Assembly: GCA_963703345.1 (NCBI GenBank)
Contig: OY969814.1
Span: 1,568,001-1,632,000, forward strand
Direction of reading: 5' to 3'
From: an uncultured Chloroflexia bacterium
GTDB lineage: Bacteria > Chloroflexota > Dehalococcoidia > DSTF01 > JALHUB01
DNA length: 64,000 nucleotides
Below, in pieces: positions 30,484 to 39,866 of the stretch. The notes under the pieces were generated by a model. It was not told the DNA's origin and did no database searches. It worked only from the letters and a program-made list of their open reading frames with translations. Made by a program: the position numbers and the translations under genes. Each line of letters begins with the position of its first letter. Position 1 is the first letter of the stretch.

Positions 30484-30726
30484 TCCATGGCGGGTGCGAT
30501 TCTTGGTTGTCAAGTCCGATGATCGCGTTCTCGATGCGCTCGTCGTCCTGCGGACTCCTCGCGCCGACGCCGAACCTTCCAACCAACCGAGACCATTCCA
30601 ACCGACGCGCCGTTCGATCCCTCCCGAAGCATCCGACCTCCATGAGAGGTACGATTCCTGTTGTCGACTGCGATGATCGCGTTCTCGATGCGCTCGTCGC
30701 TTCGCTCCTCGCGCCTACGACCGACC
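30484..30726. repeat. Two-copy ~95-bp degenerate direct repeat, period ~154 bp
   Basis: 29-bp exact core CGATGATCGCGTTCTCGATGCGCTCGTCG at 30517-30545 and 30671-30699. Confidence 0.8.
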
Positions 30727-30849
30727 CCGTAGCTCCACCCGACGAACACCCCTGTCTCCCCAGCGGTTGACTTATCTCACCCGACCGACTATCTTTACCC
30801 CCGATCAGCCGGACAGACAAGCCAGCGAAAGGTGGGGAGGGCTAGAAGC

Positions 30850-32613
30850 ATGGAGCAGAGCTTCTGGCAGAAGCGGTTGTCTCGACGCCGGCTGCTTGGG
30901 GCCACCTCCCTCGCCGTCGCCGGCGGTAGCGCCGCCCTCATCCTGCCCCGACGCTTCGTCGGTCGCTCTCCGCAGGCTCAAGCTCAGACCGGCCCCGTAA
31001 TCGCCGAAGACATCCGCCATAACGCCCCCGAGCTCGCGAAGGGTGAATTCCGCGGGCTCGAATGGGATTCCGCCGGCGCGCCTCTCCTGCGTGCCGCCGC
31101 TGCTTCAGGCGGCGACTACATCTCGCCAATCGTCAAGACCAGCTTCCCTGTCACCCACATCGGCCTCCACTGGCGCGGCGACGGCCCGGGCTGGGACCGC
31201 ATCGACTTCGACCTGCGCACCTCCAGCGACGGTGCTACCTGGTCGCCCTGGCGACGCCTCTCCATCGAGGCCGAGCCGCAGCAGAACCCGCGTCGCGAAC
31301 GGTTCGCCGCCCTCGTCTGGGCGCCCGGCGCATCTTATGTCCAGTACCGCGCCGCCTTCCCCGCCGACACACCCGAGCAGCCGGCGCTGCGGAGCGTAAC
31401 CGTCACTGCCCTCAGCGCGGCTTCGCCTGCCGTCATTCAGGCGGCTCGCGCCACCAAGACGCCCACGCCGGGCAAGACACCGACCTCCGCCGTCACCCCC
31501 GCGCCGACAAACGACGCCGCCAATCTTCCGCCGCCCTTCGCCTCCGGCCAGCTCATAAGCCGCGAGGCCTGGGGCGCGCCGGACAGCTATCGCTTTGACC
31601 CCGACGGCAGCGAGCACTGGGCGCGCATGTACATACCCACGAAGAAGATGATCGTCCATCACACCGCCACGCTAACCAACGATAACCCGCAGGACCCCAA
31701 CTACCCCTATCCCTCCTACACCGCCGACCAGGTTTTCCAGGATATCCAGTCCATCTACTACTACCACGCCATCTCCCTCGGTTGGGGCGACATCGGCTAC
31801 AACGCCCTCATCGACCGCTTCGGCCGCGTCTTTGAAGGGCGCCGCGGTCGCGACAGCGGCCCCAAGGGCGGCGGCCGCGAGATCATTAGCCCCGACGTTG
31901 TCGCCGGGCACGCCCTCCAATGGAACGAAGGCACCTGCGGCGTCTCCTGCTTCGGGAACTACGACGTTAACCAGCTCAGCGCCAACGAGCAAACGAACCT
32001 GGTCGGCACCCTTGTCCAGTTCCTGACCTGGGCCTGCCGCCGTCACTACGTCTGGCCGAACGCCACCACCGACTTCCTCCAGGTCGACTGGGTATGGCGT
32101 AGCGGCATCCCCAACATCTGCGGCCACCGCGACGTTAACCAGACCGCCTGCCCGGGCCAGTACCTCTACGCCTACCTTCCCGACATCCGACAGAAGGTCG
32201 CCCAGGGAGCCGCAGCCATCGCCATCATCAAACCGTCAGCGCAAATAACCGCCGTGCCCTCCGCCGACCAAATCAATAGCGGTTCGGTCACCTTCGGCTG
32301 GAAATCGCCCGACGGCTCCGCCGACTTCGCCTACTACCTCGAAGGCTGGTACCCCAACCTCGACACCGACGTCGAGACCTACTACTCCGGCTTCACCAAT
32401 GACCGGCGGCCCGCCTGGTCTAGCTTCGGCTCAGCTACCCAGGCCACCGTGTCCGTCCCGCAGTCCGGCCACTACACCTTCCACGTCCGCTCCAAGGACA
32501 ACAGGACCGACGGTGCTTACGAAGACAACTGGACCTTCATCGCAGGCCAGTCCCCCAATCCTACCCCGAGCCCGGGCCGCGTCGTCGGCCTCCCGGGCGT
32601 CACCCGCAACTAG
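30850..32613 (+). CDS. Tat-exported N-acetylmuramoyl-L-alanine amidase (Amidase_2/PGRP-like)
   Basis: SRRRLL Tat motif; ISREAWGA, VHHTA, GWGDIGYN, GHRDVNQTACPG. Confidence 0.88.
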   Translation: MEQSFWQKRLSRRRLLGATSLAVAGGSAALILPRRFVGRSPQAQAQTGPVIAEDIRHNAPELAKGEFRGLEWDSAGAPLLRAAAASGGDYISPIVKTSFPVTHIGLHWRGDGPGWDRIDFDLRTSSDGATWSPWRRLSIEAEPQQNPRRERFAALVWAPGASYVQYRAAFPADTPEQPALRSVTVTALSAASPAVIQAARATKTPTPGKTPTSAVTPAPTNDAANLPPPFASGQLISREAWGAPDSYRFDPDGSEHWARMYIPTKKMIVHHTATLTNDNPQDPNYPYPSYTADQVFQDIQSIYYYHAISLGWGDIGYNALIDRFGRVFEGRRGRDSGPKGGGREIISPDVVAGHALQWNEGTCGVSCFGNYDVNQLSANEQTNLVGTLVQFLTWACRRHYVWPNATTDFLQVDWVWRSGIPNICGHRDVNQTACPGQYLYAYLPDIRQKVAQGAAAIAIIKPSAQITAVPSADQINSGSVTFGWKSPDGSADFAYYLEGWYPNLDTDVETYYSGFTNDRRPAWSSFGSATQATVSVPQSGHYTFHVRSKDNRTDGAYEDNWTFIAGQSPNPTPSPGRVVGLPGVTRN

Positions 32614-32872
32614 CGAAGCGACGCGCCCTTTCTCACGACCGTCGACCCCGCCGCTCTGAGGCAAGGAAACGCGGCAGGTCCACCGCCTTCAGTCGAAGAT
32701 CCGTGAAGGTGTGATGTTATGTCAACTATCCCCTACCGGCGACCAACGACCCTCCCACTCCCGCCTCGCCCAGGTTGACCCTTGGCCCCATCGCCCTACA
32801 ATTGCCCTAGAGCCCCATCGCCTATCGAAGGAGCGCACCGGCGAAGAGATACGCCCCAGAACGGAGACAATC

Positions 32873-34234
32873 GTGACTACTATCCTTGAGCGCTTTCGCG
32901 CCCTCCACCAGCGTTCCGCCGCCCTCCACAAGCAGGCCGAGCGCGTCTTCCCCAACGGCGTCACCCACGACATCCGCCACTTCTCCCCCTTCCCCATCTA
33001 CGTCGACCACGCCCTCGGCGCCCGCAAATGGGACGTCGACGGCAACGAAATCATCGACTACGTCATGGGCCACGGCGCCCTCCTCCTCGGCCACGCCCAC
33101 CCGACGCTCGTGCGCGCCGTCACCCGCCAGATCGCCGCAGGCACCCACTACGGCGCCTCCAGCGAGATCGAAATCGAATGGGCCGGCTTGATCCGCAAGC
33201 TCGTGCCCTCCGCCCAGAAGGTCCGCTTCCACTCCTCCGGCACCGAGGCGACGATGATGGCCGTCCGGCTCGCCCGCGCCTACACCGGCCGCAACAAGCT
33301 CGTCCGGTTCGCCCTCAACTTCCACGGCTGGAACGACAGCGTCGTCGGCTACGTCCAGCCCGAAGAGACGCTCCCCCGCTCGCCCGGCCTGCCCCCAGCG
33401 TATCTCGGCGAGCAGATCGTCCTGCCCCAGAACAGCTACCCGGACATCGCCCGCACCCTCGCCGACGAAAAGGACGTCGCCGCCGTCATCATCGAGCCCA
33501 CCGGCGCTTCCGCCAGCACCGTCCCCATCGACCCGGAGTTCCTTGCCTTCCTCCGAGCCCGCACCGAGCGCTACGGCGTCGTCCTCATCTTCGACGAAGT
33601 CGTCACCGGCTTTCGCGTCGCCCCCGGTGGCGCCCAGGAGCGCTTCGGCATCAAGCCCGACTTGACCACCCTCGCCAAGATTGCCGCCGGCGGCCTCCCG
33701 GGCGCTGCCGTCGTCGGTCGCGCCGACATCCTCGAGTGCATCGAGTTCCGTCGCGACGCCGACTGGAACGCCCACGAGCGTGTCGCCCACCAGGGCACCT
33801 TCAACGCCAACCCGCTCTCCGCTGCCGCCGGCGTCGCCATGCTCGAGGCCATCAGCGACGGCAAGGCCCAGGCCCACGCCGAAGAGATGGCCAAGCGACT
33901 CTGCCGCGGCGCCAACCAAGTCTTTCGAAAGCTGGGCGTCAAGGGCTGTGCCTACACCGTCTCGTCCATGTTCCACATGTCGATAGGCGTCGACTGCCCG
34001 GAGCCGGCCGACGGCTGGGAGTGGGTGTGGGAAGACGAGCCGGGCGCGACCGTGCCTCAGACGCCGCCGCGGGTCATGGCGGCGTTCAAGCAGGCCATGC
34101 TGAACAGCGGCGCCGGCGACTTCATGCGGACCGGTGGCCTGACCTCCGCCGTCCACGACGAGAAGGACATCGACCAGACCCTCGCCGCCCTCGAACCCGC
34201 CCTGGCAGAAATGAAGGCTGAAGGGCTCCTGTAG
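32873..34234 (+). CDS. Class III aminotransferase (glutamate-1-semialdehyde aminomutase-like)
   Basis: SGTEATM, FDEVVTGFR, DLTTLAKIAAGGLP, GTFNANP. Confidence 0.88.
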   Translation: MTTILERFRALHQRSAALHKQAERVFPNGVTHDIRHFSPFPIYVDHALGARKWDVDGNEIIDYVMGHGALLLGHAHPTLVRAVTRQIAAGTHYGASSEIEIEWAGLIRKLVPSAQKVRFHSSGTEATMMAVRLARAYTGRNKLVRFALNFHGWNDSVVGYVQPEETLPRSPGLPPAYLGEQIVLPQNSYPDIARTLADEKDVAAVIIEPTGASASTVPIDPEFLAFLRARTERYGVVLIFDEVVTGFRVAPGGAQERFGIKPDLTTLAKIAAGGLPGAAVVGRADILECIEFRRDADWNAHERVAHQGTFNANPLSAAAGVAMLEAISDGKAQAHAEEMAKRLCRGANQVFRKLGVKGCAYTVSSMFHMSIGVDCPEPADGWEWVWEDEPGATVPQTPPRVMAAFKQAMLNSGAGDFMRTGGLTSAVHDEKDIDQTLAALEPALAEMKAEGLL

Positions 34235-34244
34235 GGCTTCCCGC

Positions 34245-35294
34245 GTGGCGAAAAGACCGAAACTCGCCGTCATCCTTGGAGCCGGAGCATCTCACGGTGT
34301 TTGCCCCGCGGGAAGCGGTGTGGTCAAGAACGAATTCCTCAAGCCGCCCATCACAGAGACCATGTTCAACGGTACAGCCCTCGATGGAGTGCTGGCGCGT
34401 CACCCGGAGGCTGCAGCCCTCATGAGCTCGGTCAGGACCGAGGTGGCCGCCAACGTCCCATTTGAAGAAAGCCTGCGCCGCTATCTGGACAATACCAATG
34501 CCTATATCCAAAGGCAGCTTGCCTTTGTTCCCATAGCCTTGCACACGTTCTTCTTCCTGGTAAGCGCCGAGTATACCAGCGAGGCCATCAACTACTCACA
34601 TCTCCTGAATCGCACCATTGGCGAGGGGATCCACACTGCATTCATGACTGTCAACTACGACACCCTGCTGGAGATGTCCTTGACAAGAACCACGGGCGTT
34701 GTCTTTGATTCGCTCCAGTCCTACGTGTCTTCGCCCGACTGGATATTGGTGAAGCTGCACGGTTCGGTTGGCTGGGGATACCCCTGGATTGAAGACGGCC
34801 ACATGAATATGGCAACGGACATTGGGGGCGACTGGGCCAGGAACCTAGCGTCACACAATCCGCCACCGAGCCGTGATCCTGACCTGATACGCGCGGGAAG
34901 GAACAACTTCCTATACGCTGACGGCCGTGCTCTCTACCCTGCTTTGGCCCTTCCCGTTGCGGGCAAATACGGCTTCGTCTGCCCGCCTTCCCACGTCTCC
35001 GCCCTGAAAACGTTCTTGGCCGATTGCGAGAACTACCTTTTCATCGGGTTCAGCGCCAACGATCAAGACCTTCTCGATCTGCTGAAAGAAACTGTTCGGA
35101 CCGCAAGATCGTTCTTCACCGTCACAGGCGGGCTGCATAAGGAATCGCAGGCCGTGGCTGGTCGCCTGATGGAAGCTGTCCCCCAATTCAGGGGCCCCTA
35201 CCGGCTAGGTGCCAAACACTTCGGCTTGGGTTTCACCGCTTACCTTGGCCATAGAGAGGGCCTCGATTATCTCGTCTCAGCGCTAGCGCACTGA
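34245..35294 (+). CDS. SIR2-like (SIR2_2) domain protein, putative NADase
   Basis: ILGAGASH, TVNYDTLLE, VKLHGSVGW, LFIGFSANDQD. Confidence 0.8.
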   Translation: MAKRPKLAVILGAGASHGVCPAGSGVVKNEFLKPPITETMFNGTALDGVLARHPEAAALMSSVRTEVAANVPFEESLRRYLDNTNAYIQRQLAFVPIALHTFFFLVSAEYTSEAINYSHLLNRTIGEGIHTAFMTVNYDTLLEMSLTRTTGVVFDSLQSYVSSPDWILVKLHGSVGWGYPWIEDGHMNMATDIGGDWARNLASHNPPPSRDPDLIRAGRNNFLYADGRALYPALALPVAGKYGFVCPPSHVSALKTFLADCENYLFIGFSANDQDLLDLLKETVRTARSFFTVTGGLHKESQAVAGRLMEAVPQFRGPYRLGAKHFGLGFTAYLGHREGLDYLVSALAH

Positions 35295-35400
35295 CGGAAG
35301 TAGCGCAGTGCAACTTTAGCGCCCGTCTCCTGTGCCCGGGCGGCCGCCCAACGGCGCACACCATTCGCTTCCTCCCCACAACGCACGCCTAGCCGCCCAG

Positions 35401-35484
35401 AGGGAGTGCAGGGGCCCTCCCCTGCCAGGGTTCAAGGGGTGCCCCCTTGAGAAACAACCTTTCGAGGGCGGGTGGGCGGGAAGA
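35401..35484. repeat. Palindromic intergenic element (possible dispersed repeat)
   Basis: Stacked hairpins CAGGGG-CCCT-CCCCTG and TCAAGGGG-TGC-CCCCTTGA between convergent genes; single copy in this window. Confidence 0.4.
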
Positions 35485-35512
35485 AGAGCGCCCATGTTGC
35501 CCGACGCGGCAG

Positions 35513-36511
35513 CTACCAGGCAGGGTCGAATGCGCCACCGTGGGTCAGCCTCGTCTGATCGCCGCCGTCGGCATTCATGATGTAGATCTCCGGGGGACCG
35601 TCCCGCCAGCTGGTGAAGGCGATCTTGAGGCCGTCGGGCGACCAGGATGGCTCAACATCCCCGGCGCTGTTGGTGAGCCTTGTCTGGCCGCTGCCATCGG
35701 CGTTCATCACGTAGATCTCTAAGTCGCCGTCCCGCTTGCTTTCGAAGGCGATCTTGGAGCCGTCGGGTGACCAGGTCGCCGAATAATCGTCGGCCGGGTT
35801 GTTGGTCAAGTTTCGCCGGTCGCTGCCATCGGCGTTCATCACGTAGATCTCCAAGTTGTCGTCCCGCTTGCGCTCGAAGGCGATCTTGGAGCCGTCGGGT
35901 GACCAGGCCGGCGAACGCTCATAATTGGCCGCTGGGTCGTTGGTTAGCCGTCTCTGGCCGCTGCCGTCGGCGTTCATCACGTAGACCTGCAAGTTGCCGC
36001 CGCGGTCCCTCTCGAAGGCGATCTTGGAGCCGTCGGGTGACCAGGTAGGCGAACTATCAAAATCGGCCGTTGGGTCGTTGGTTAACTGCGTCTGGCCGCT
36101 GCCGTCGGCGTTCATCACGTAGATGTTCAAGTTGCTCGTGAAGGCTATCCTCGACCCGTCCGGTGACCAGGCAGCATTTTTTGCGTCGGTGGCAAGGCGC
36201 TTCTGACCGCTACCGTCGGCATTCATCACGTAGATCTGTTCGTTGCCGTCCCGCTCGCTCACGAAGGCGATATGGTTCCTGTCCAGTAACCAGGTAGGGA
36301 ACCAATCGGTCGCTGGGTTGTTGGTGAGCCGGGTCTGACCGCTGCCGTCGGAGTTCATCACGTAGATCTCGTAGTTCTCGTCCCGGTCGCTCGTGAAGGC
36401 GATCTTCGCGGTCCGCCAGGACAAGCAGCCGGACAGAAGGAGAGGAAGGGCGGCGGTAAGAACAATGGCAATGACCAGCCCGTAGGGGGGACGGCTCTTT
36501 CCGTTGGACAT
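35513..36511 (-). CDS. TolB-like PD40 beta-propeller lipoprotein
   Basis: Lipobox LSGC; repeated [10 protein letters not shown]...[10 protein letters not shown] units. Confidence 0.9.
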   Translation of the reverse strand: MSNGKSRPPYGLVIAIVLTAALPLLLSGCLSWRTAKIAFTSDRDENYEIYVMNSDGSGQTRLTNNPATDWFPTWLLDRNHIAFVSERDGNEQIYVMNADGSGQKRLATDAKNAAWSPDGSRIAFTSNLNIYVMNADGSGQTQLTNDPTADFDSSPTWSPDGSKIAFERDRGGNLQVYVMNADGSGQRRLTNDPAANYERSPAWSPDGSKIAFERKRDDNLEIYVMNADGSDRRNLTNNPADDYSATWSPDGSKIAFESKRDGDLEIYVMNADGSGQTRLTNSAGDVEPSWSPDGLKIAFTSWRDGPPEIYIMNADGGDQTRLTHGGAFDPAW

Positions 36512-36576
36512 ACGCCATCTCCTTAGGCTGGCATTCTAGGCTCGCCGTCGCCGACCGTCAATCGCACGGCCAGTCT

Positions 36577-36786
36577 GTGCCACTTCCCCCTCGCAAGCCC
36601 GCCCTGGATATGCTGTAATAGCCTCGACAGGCCGTCGCCCGCCCACAGACGACCGCCGGCACGGCCGAAATCGCCCATCTCGACGGTCAATTGTCTAAAA
36701 CGCACCCTTACAGACTCACCAAACCACAACTTTTTCAAAACAAATACAATCATAGCGCCGTCCCGCCAAGCGCCCTACAATGGAAG
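36577..36786 (+). repeat. ~200-bp dispersed element, copy 1
   Basis: Begins GTGCCACTTCCCCC; AT-rich core 36680-36750 is ~63/71 identical to the reverse complement of 50059-50129. Confidence 0.85.
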
Positions 36787-36832
36787 TAGCGGCGCCCGCC
36801 CCATCGACCGGCGGCCCGCCCGGAGGCCAGCC

Positions 36833-37078
36833 ATGACCAGCAAGAAACAGCCCGAAGAGCCCCTCGAAGAGCGCCTGCGCCACCGCCTGGAGTCCTTCCG
36901 ACAGTTCGTCCAGGAGTGCCAGGCCTGCCAGACCGAGGCTCCCGCCCACTACCAGTACTGCGCCCACTGCGGCTCCCGACTCTCCACCCAGTGCCCCGGC
37001 TGCGGCAACCCGCTGCCCCCCAAAGGCGCCCGCTACTGCCCTCACTGCGGCATGGAGATTCCCGCTGAGACCGACTGA
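36833..37078 (+). CDS. Double zinc-ribbon protein
   Basis: Four CxxC motifs; GGAGG RBS. Confidence 0.8.
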   Translation: MTSKKQPEEPLEERLRHRLESFRQFVQECQACQTEAPAHYQYCAHCGSRLSTQCPGCGNPLPPKGARYCPHCGMEIPAETD

Positions 37079-37157
37079 AGGGGCTCGCGGCAGCGAGAAG
37101 GTGCAGGCGCGCCTGCCCGTAGAGCATCGACCTGCCCCATGCTACACTGACTCTGAG

Positions 37158-38543
37158 ATGCTTCCGACCAACACCGTCCGCGACCTCCAGCGCATCGCCG
37201 GCGCCGACAACGTCCTCGTCGCGCCCGAAGACCTCCTCGTCTACGAGTACGACGCCACCATCGAGCGCGGCCTCCCCGACGCCGTCGTCCTTCCCGCCAC
37301 AACCCAGGAAGTCGCCGCCGTCGTCCGCCTGGCCTCGGAGCGCAGCATAGCCATCGTCCCGCGCGGCTCCGGCACCGGCCTCTCCGGCGGCAGCGTGCCC
37401 TCGGAGGGCGGCATCGCTCTCGTCCTCACTCGCATGAACCACATCCTGGAGCTCGACCCCGTCAACCGCATCGCCGTCGTCGAAGCCGGCGTCATCAACT
37501 TCGAGATCGACCGCGCCGCCCGCAAGCACGGCCTCTTCTTCGCGCCCGACCCGTCGAGCTACAAGTCCTGCACCATAGGCGGCAACGTCGCCGAGAACGC
37601 CGGCGGGCCGCACTGCCTGGCGTATGGCGTCACCAGCAACCACGTCCTCGGCCTCGAAGTCGTCCTCGCCGATGGCAGCATCGTCGAAGTCGGCGGCCGC
37701 CTCCGCGACCAGCCCGGCTACGACCTCACCGGCCTCATCGTCGGCTCCGAAGGCACCCTCTGCGTCGTCACCAAGGTCATCGTGCGCCTGCTGCCCGTGC
37801 CGGAGACCGGCTACACCCTCGTCGCCCAGTTCAAGGAAGTCGAAGACGCCGCCAACGCCGTCTCCCAGATGATCGCCTCCGGCATCGTGCCCCAGTGCAT
37901 GGAGGTCATGCAGTTCGACGCGATCGCCCGTCTCTTCTCCGCCGGCGCCGAGCCCGAAGTGACCGCCAGCATGATCGTCGAGGTGGAAGGCCTGCGCGAA
38001 GACGTCGCGGAGCTGGGCCCGGCCGTCCGCGAGATAATCGAGTCGAACCGCGCCGCCAGCATAAACGTAGCGAAGGACGACGCTGAGCGCGAGCAGATCT
38101 GGGCGATGCGGCGCGCTGCTGCAGTCATCATGGGGCGCATCGCCCCCAACGCCTACGTCATCGACGGCGTCTGCCCGCGCACGAAGCTGCCGCAACTGCT
38201 GCGCCAGGCCTCGGACATCGCGAAGAAGTACGACCTGCTCCACGCGGCCGCCTTCCACGCCGGCGACGGCAACCTGCACCCACAGTTCGTCTTCGACGCC
38301 TCCCAGCCGGGCGTCGTCGAGCGAGTCGTCGCCGCCGCGGGCGAGATCCTGCACGCCTGCGTCGATGCCGGCGGCAGCATCACCGGCGAGCACGGCGTCG
38401 GCCTAGAGAAGCGTCAACACCTCCGTCTAATGTTCAACGGCGCCGACCTCGCCGCCATGAAGAAGCTGCGCGCCGCATTCGGTGCCCACCTCTTGAACCC
38501 GGGAAAGCTGTTTCCCCAGGAAGCCGCGGTTGTCGCGCCATGA
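37158..38543 (+). CDS. glcD: Glycolate oxidase FAD subunit GlcD-like
   Basis: PRGSGTGLSGG, PDPSS..CTIGGNVAENAGG, HAGDGNLHP, GEHGVG. Confidence 0.9.
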   Translation: MLPTNTVRDLQRIAGADNVLVAPEDLLVYEYDATIERGLPDAVVLPATTQEVAAVVRLASERSIAIVPRGSGTGLSGGSVPSEGGIALVLTRMNHILELDPVNRIAVVEAGVINFEIDRAARKHGLFFAPDPSSYKSCTIGGNVAENAGGPHCLAYGVTSNHVLGLEVVLADGSIVEVGGRLRDQPGYDLTGLIVGSEGTLCVVTKVIVRLLPVPETGYTLVAQFKEVEDAANAVSQMIASGIVPQCMEVMQFDAIARLFSAGAEPEVTASMIVEVEGLREDVAELGPAVREIIESNRAASINVAKDDAEREQIWAMRRAAAVIMGRIAPNAYVIDGVCPRTKLPQLLRQASDIAKKYDLLHAAAFHAGDGNLHPQFVFDASQPGVVERVVAAAGEILHACVDAGGSITGEHGVGLEKRQHLRLMFNGADLAAMKKLRAAFGAHLLNPGKLFPQEAAVVAP

Positions 38544-39862
38544 GCAGCAACGGCACCCTCAAAGCGATCAAGGCCGCCGCGCCGAAAGCGGATATCGCGC
38601 CGCAACGCCGGCTCCTCGACTACGTTGTCAACGGCCTGACGCCACAGATCGCCGTTTCGCCCCGCAACGCCACCGAGACCGCGGCCATCCTCGCAGCGGC
38701 GGCCAAGTGCGACGCCGTCGTTATTCCCTGGGGCGGCGGGACCACGATGGCTACCGGCGCCACTCCCGAGCGCTACGACGTCGCCCTCGACCTCACACGC
38801 CTCAACGCAATCGTCGAGTACGTCCCCGACGACCTGACCGTCGCCGTGCAGACGGGAATTCGCCTGCAGGACCTGCAGGAGCGCCTGGCGAAGAGAGGTC
38901 AGTACCTGCCGCTCGATCCGCCGCTGCCGCATCGCGCCACTATAGGCGGCATCGTCGCTTCCAACGCAGGCGGGCCGGCGCGACACGCTCACGGCTGGCC
39001 CCGCGATTGGCTGCTCGGCCTGAAGGTCGCCCTGCCCGATGGGAGCGTCGTCAAGTCCGGCGGACGAGTCGTCAAGAACGTCGCCGGCTATGACACGACC
39101 AAGCTGCTTGCCGGCTCATTCGGCAGCCTGGGCGTCATAGTCGAAGCCGCCTTCAAGGTGATGCCCCTGCCGCCAGCTCGCGCGACCCTGGCGGCTTTCT
39201 TTCCTTCGGCCTCTGCCGCCGCTCGCGCCGCGCTGAGACTGAATTCACGCAACCTCCGCGTCGAATCGCTCGACGTGCTCAATCACGCGGCTGCTGTGGC
39301 GACACTCCCTGCCGGCATCGACTACCCGGGAGGTGCCTGCCTGCTCGTCGCCGCGGCCGGGAATAGCAGTGCCGTTGAGAGGACGTTGTACGAGGCGACC
39401 GAGATTCGCAACGACGACGGGGCCGTGGGCGTTCGCCTCTCGTCCGAGCAGGCAGAGTCAACCTGGCAGCAGGTGCGGGCGCTCTCGACGCAGACGCCCG
39501 ACGCTGCGCTGCTTCTGCGAGCCGCCGCATTTCCTTCTCACGTTGCGTCGTTCTTGGAATCGGCGGAGTCGACGGCGGCGGAACGTAGCCTGCCGCTGCG
39601 GCTGGACGCGCGCCCGGCGCTTGGCGCTGTGCACTGCCGTCTGGAAGCCGCGCTGGACGATCAGGCGGAGCAACTCGTCCGCGATCTCCGGCGGCTGGCG
39701 CAGGAGCGCGGCGGCGGCCTTGTCGTCGAGCAGTGCGCCGTGGATTTGAAGGAGCGGATCGATGTCTGGGGCGGAAACGGCACCGGGCTGATGAAAAGCG
39801 TCAAGGACGCCATCGACCCGCTCGGCACGCTCAGTCGAGGCCGCTTCGTGGGAGGGTTGTAG
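38540..39862 (+). CDS. glcE: Glycolate oxidase FAD-binding subunit GlcE-like
   Basis: ATIGG, GGRVVKNVAGYD, GSFGSLGVI; coupled to glcD. Confidence 0.88.
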   Translation: MSSNGTLKAIKAAAPKADIAPQRRLLDYVVNGLTPQIAVSPRNATETAAILAAAAKCDAVVIPWGGGTTMATGATPERYDVALDLTRLNAIVEYVPDDLTVAVQTGIRLQDLQERLAKRGQYLPLDPPLPHRATIGGIVASNAGGPARHAHGWPRDWLLGLKVALPDGSVVKSGGRVVKNVAGYDTTKLLAGSFGSLGVIVEAAFKVMPLPPARATLAAFFPSASAAARAALRLNSRNLRVESLDVLNHAAAVATLPAGIDYPGGACLLVAAAGNSSAVERTLYEATEIRNDDGAVGVRLSSEQAESTWQQVRALSTQTPDAALLLRAAAFPSHVASFLESAESTAAERSLPLRLDARPALGAVHCRLEAALDDQAEQLVRDLRRLAQERGGGLVVEQCAVDLKERIDVWGGNGTGLMKSVKDAIDPLGTLSRGRFVGGL

Positions 39863-39866
39863 CGCG

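Noticed and set aside
30484-30726. Possible CRISPR array
   Set aside because: Only two units, 154-bp period, degenerate flanks and no cas genes
35560-36400. Strong ~130-bp DNA periodicity
   Set aside because: Explained by coding PD40 repeats of the TolB-like protein
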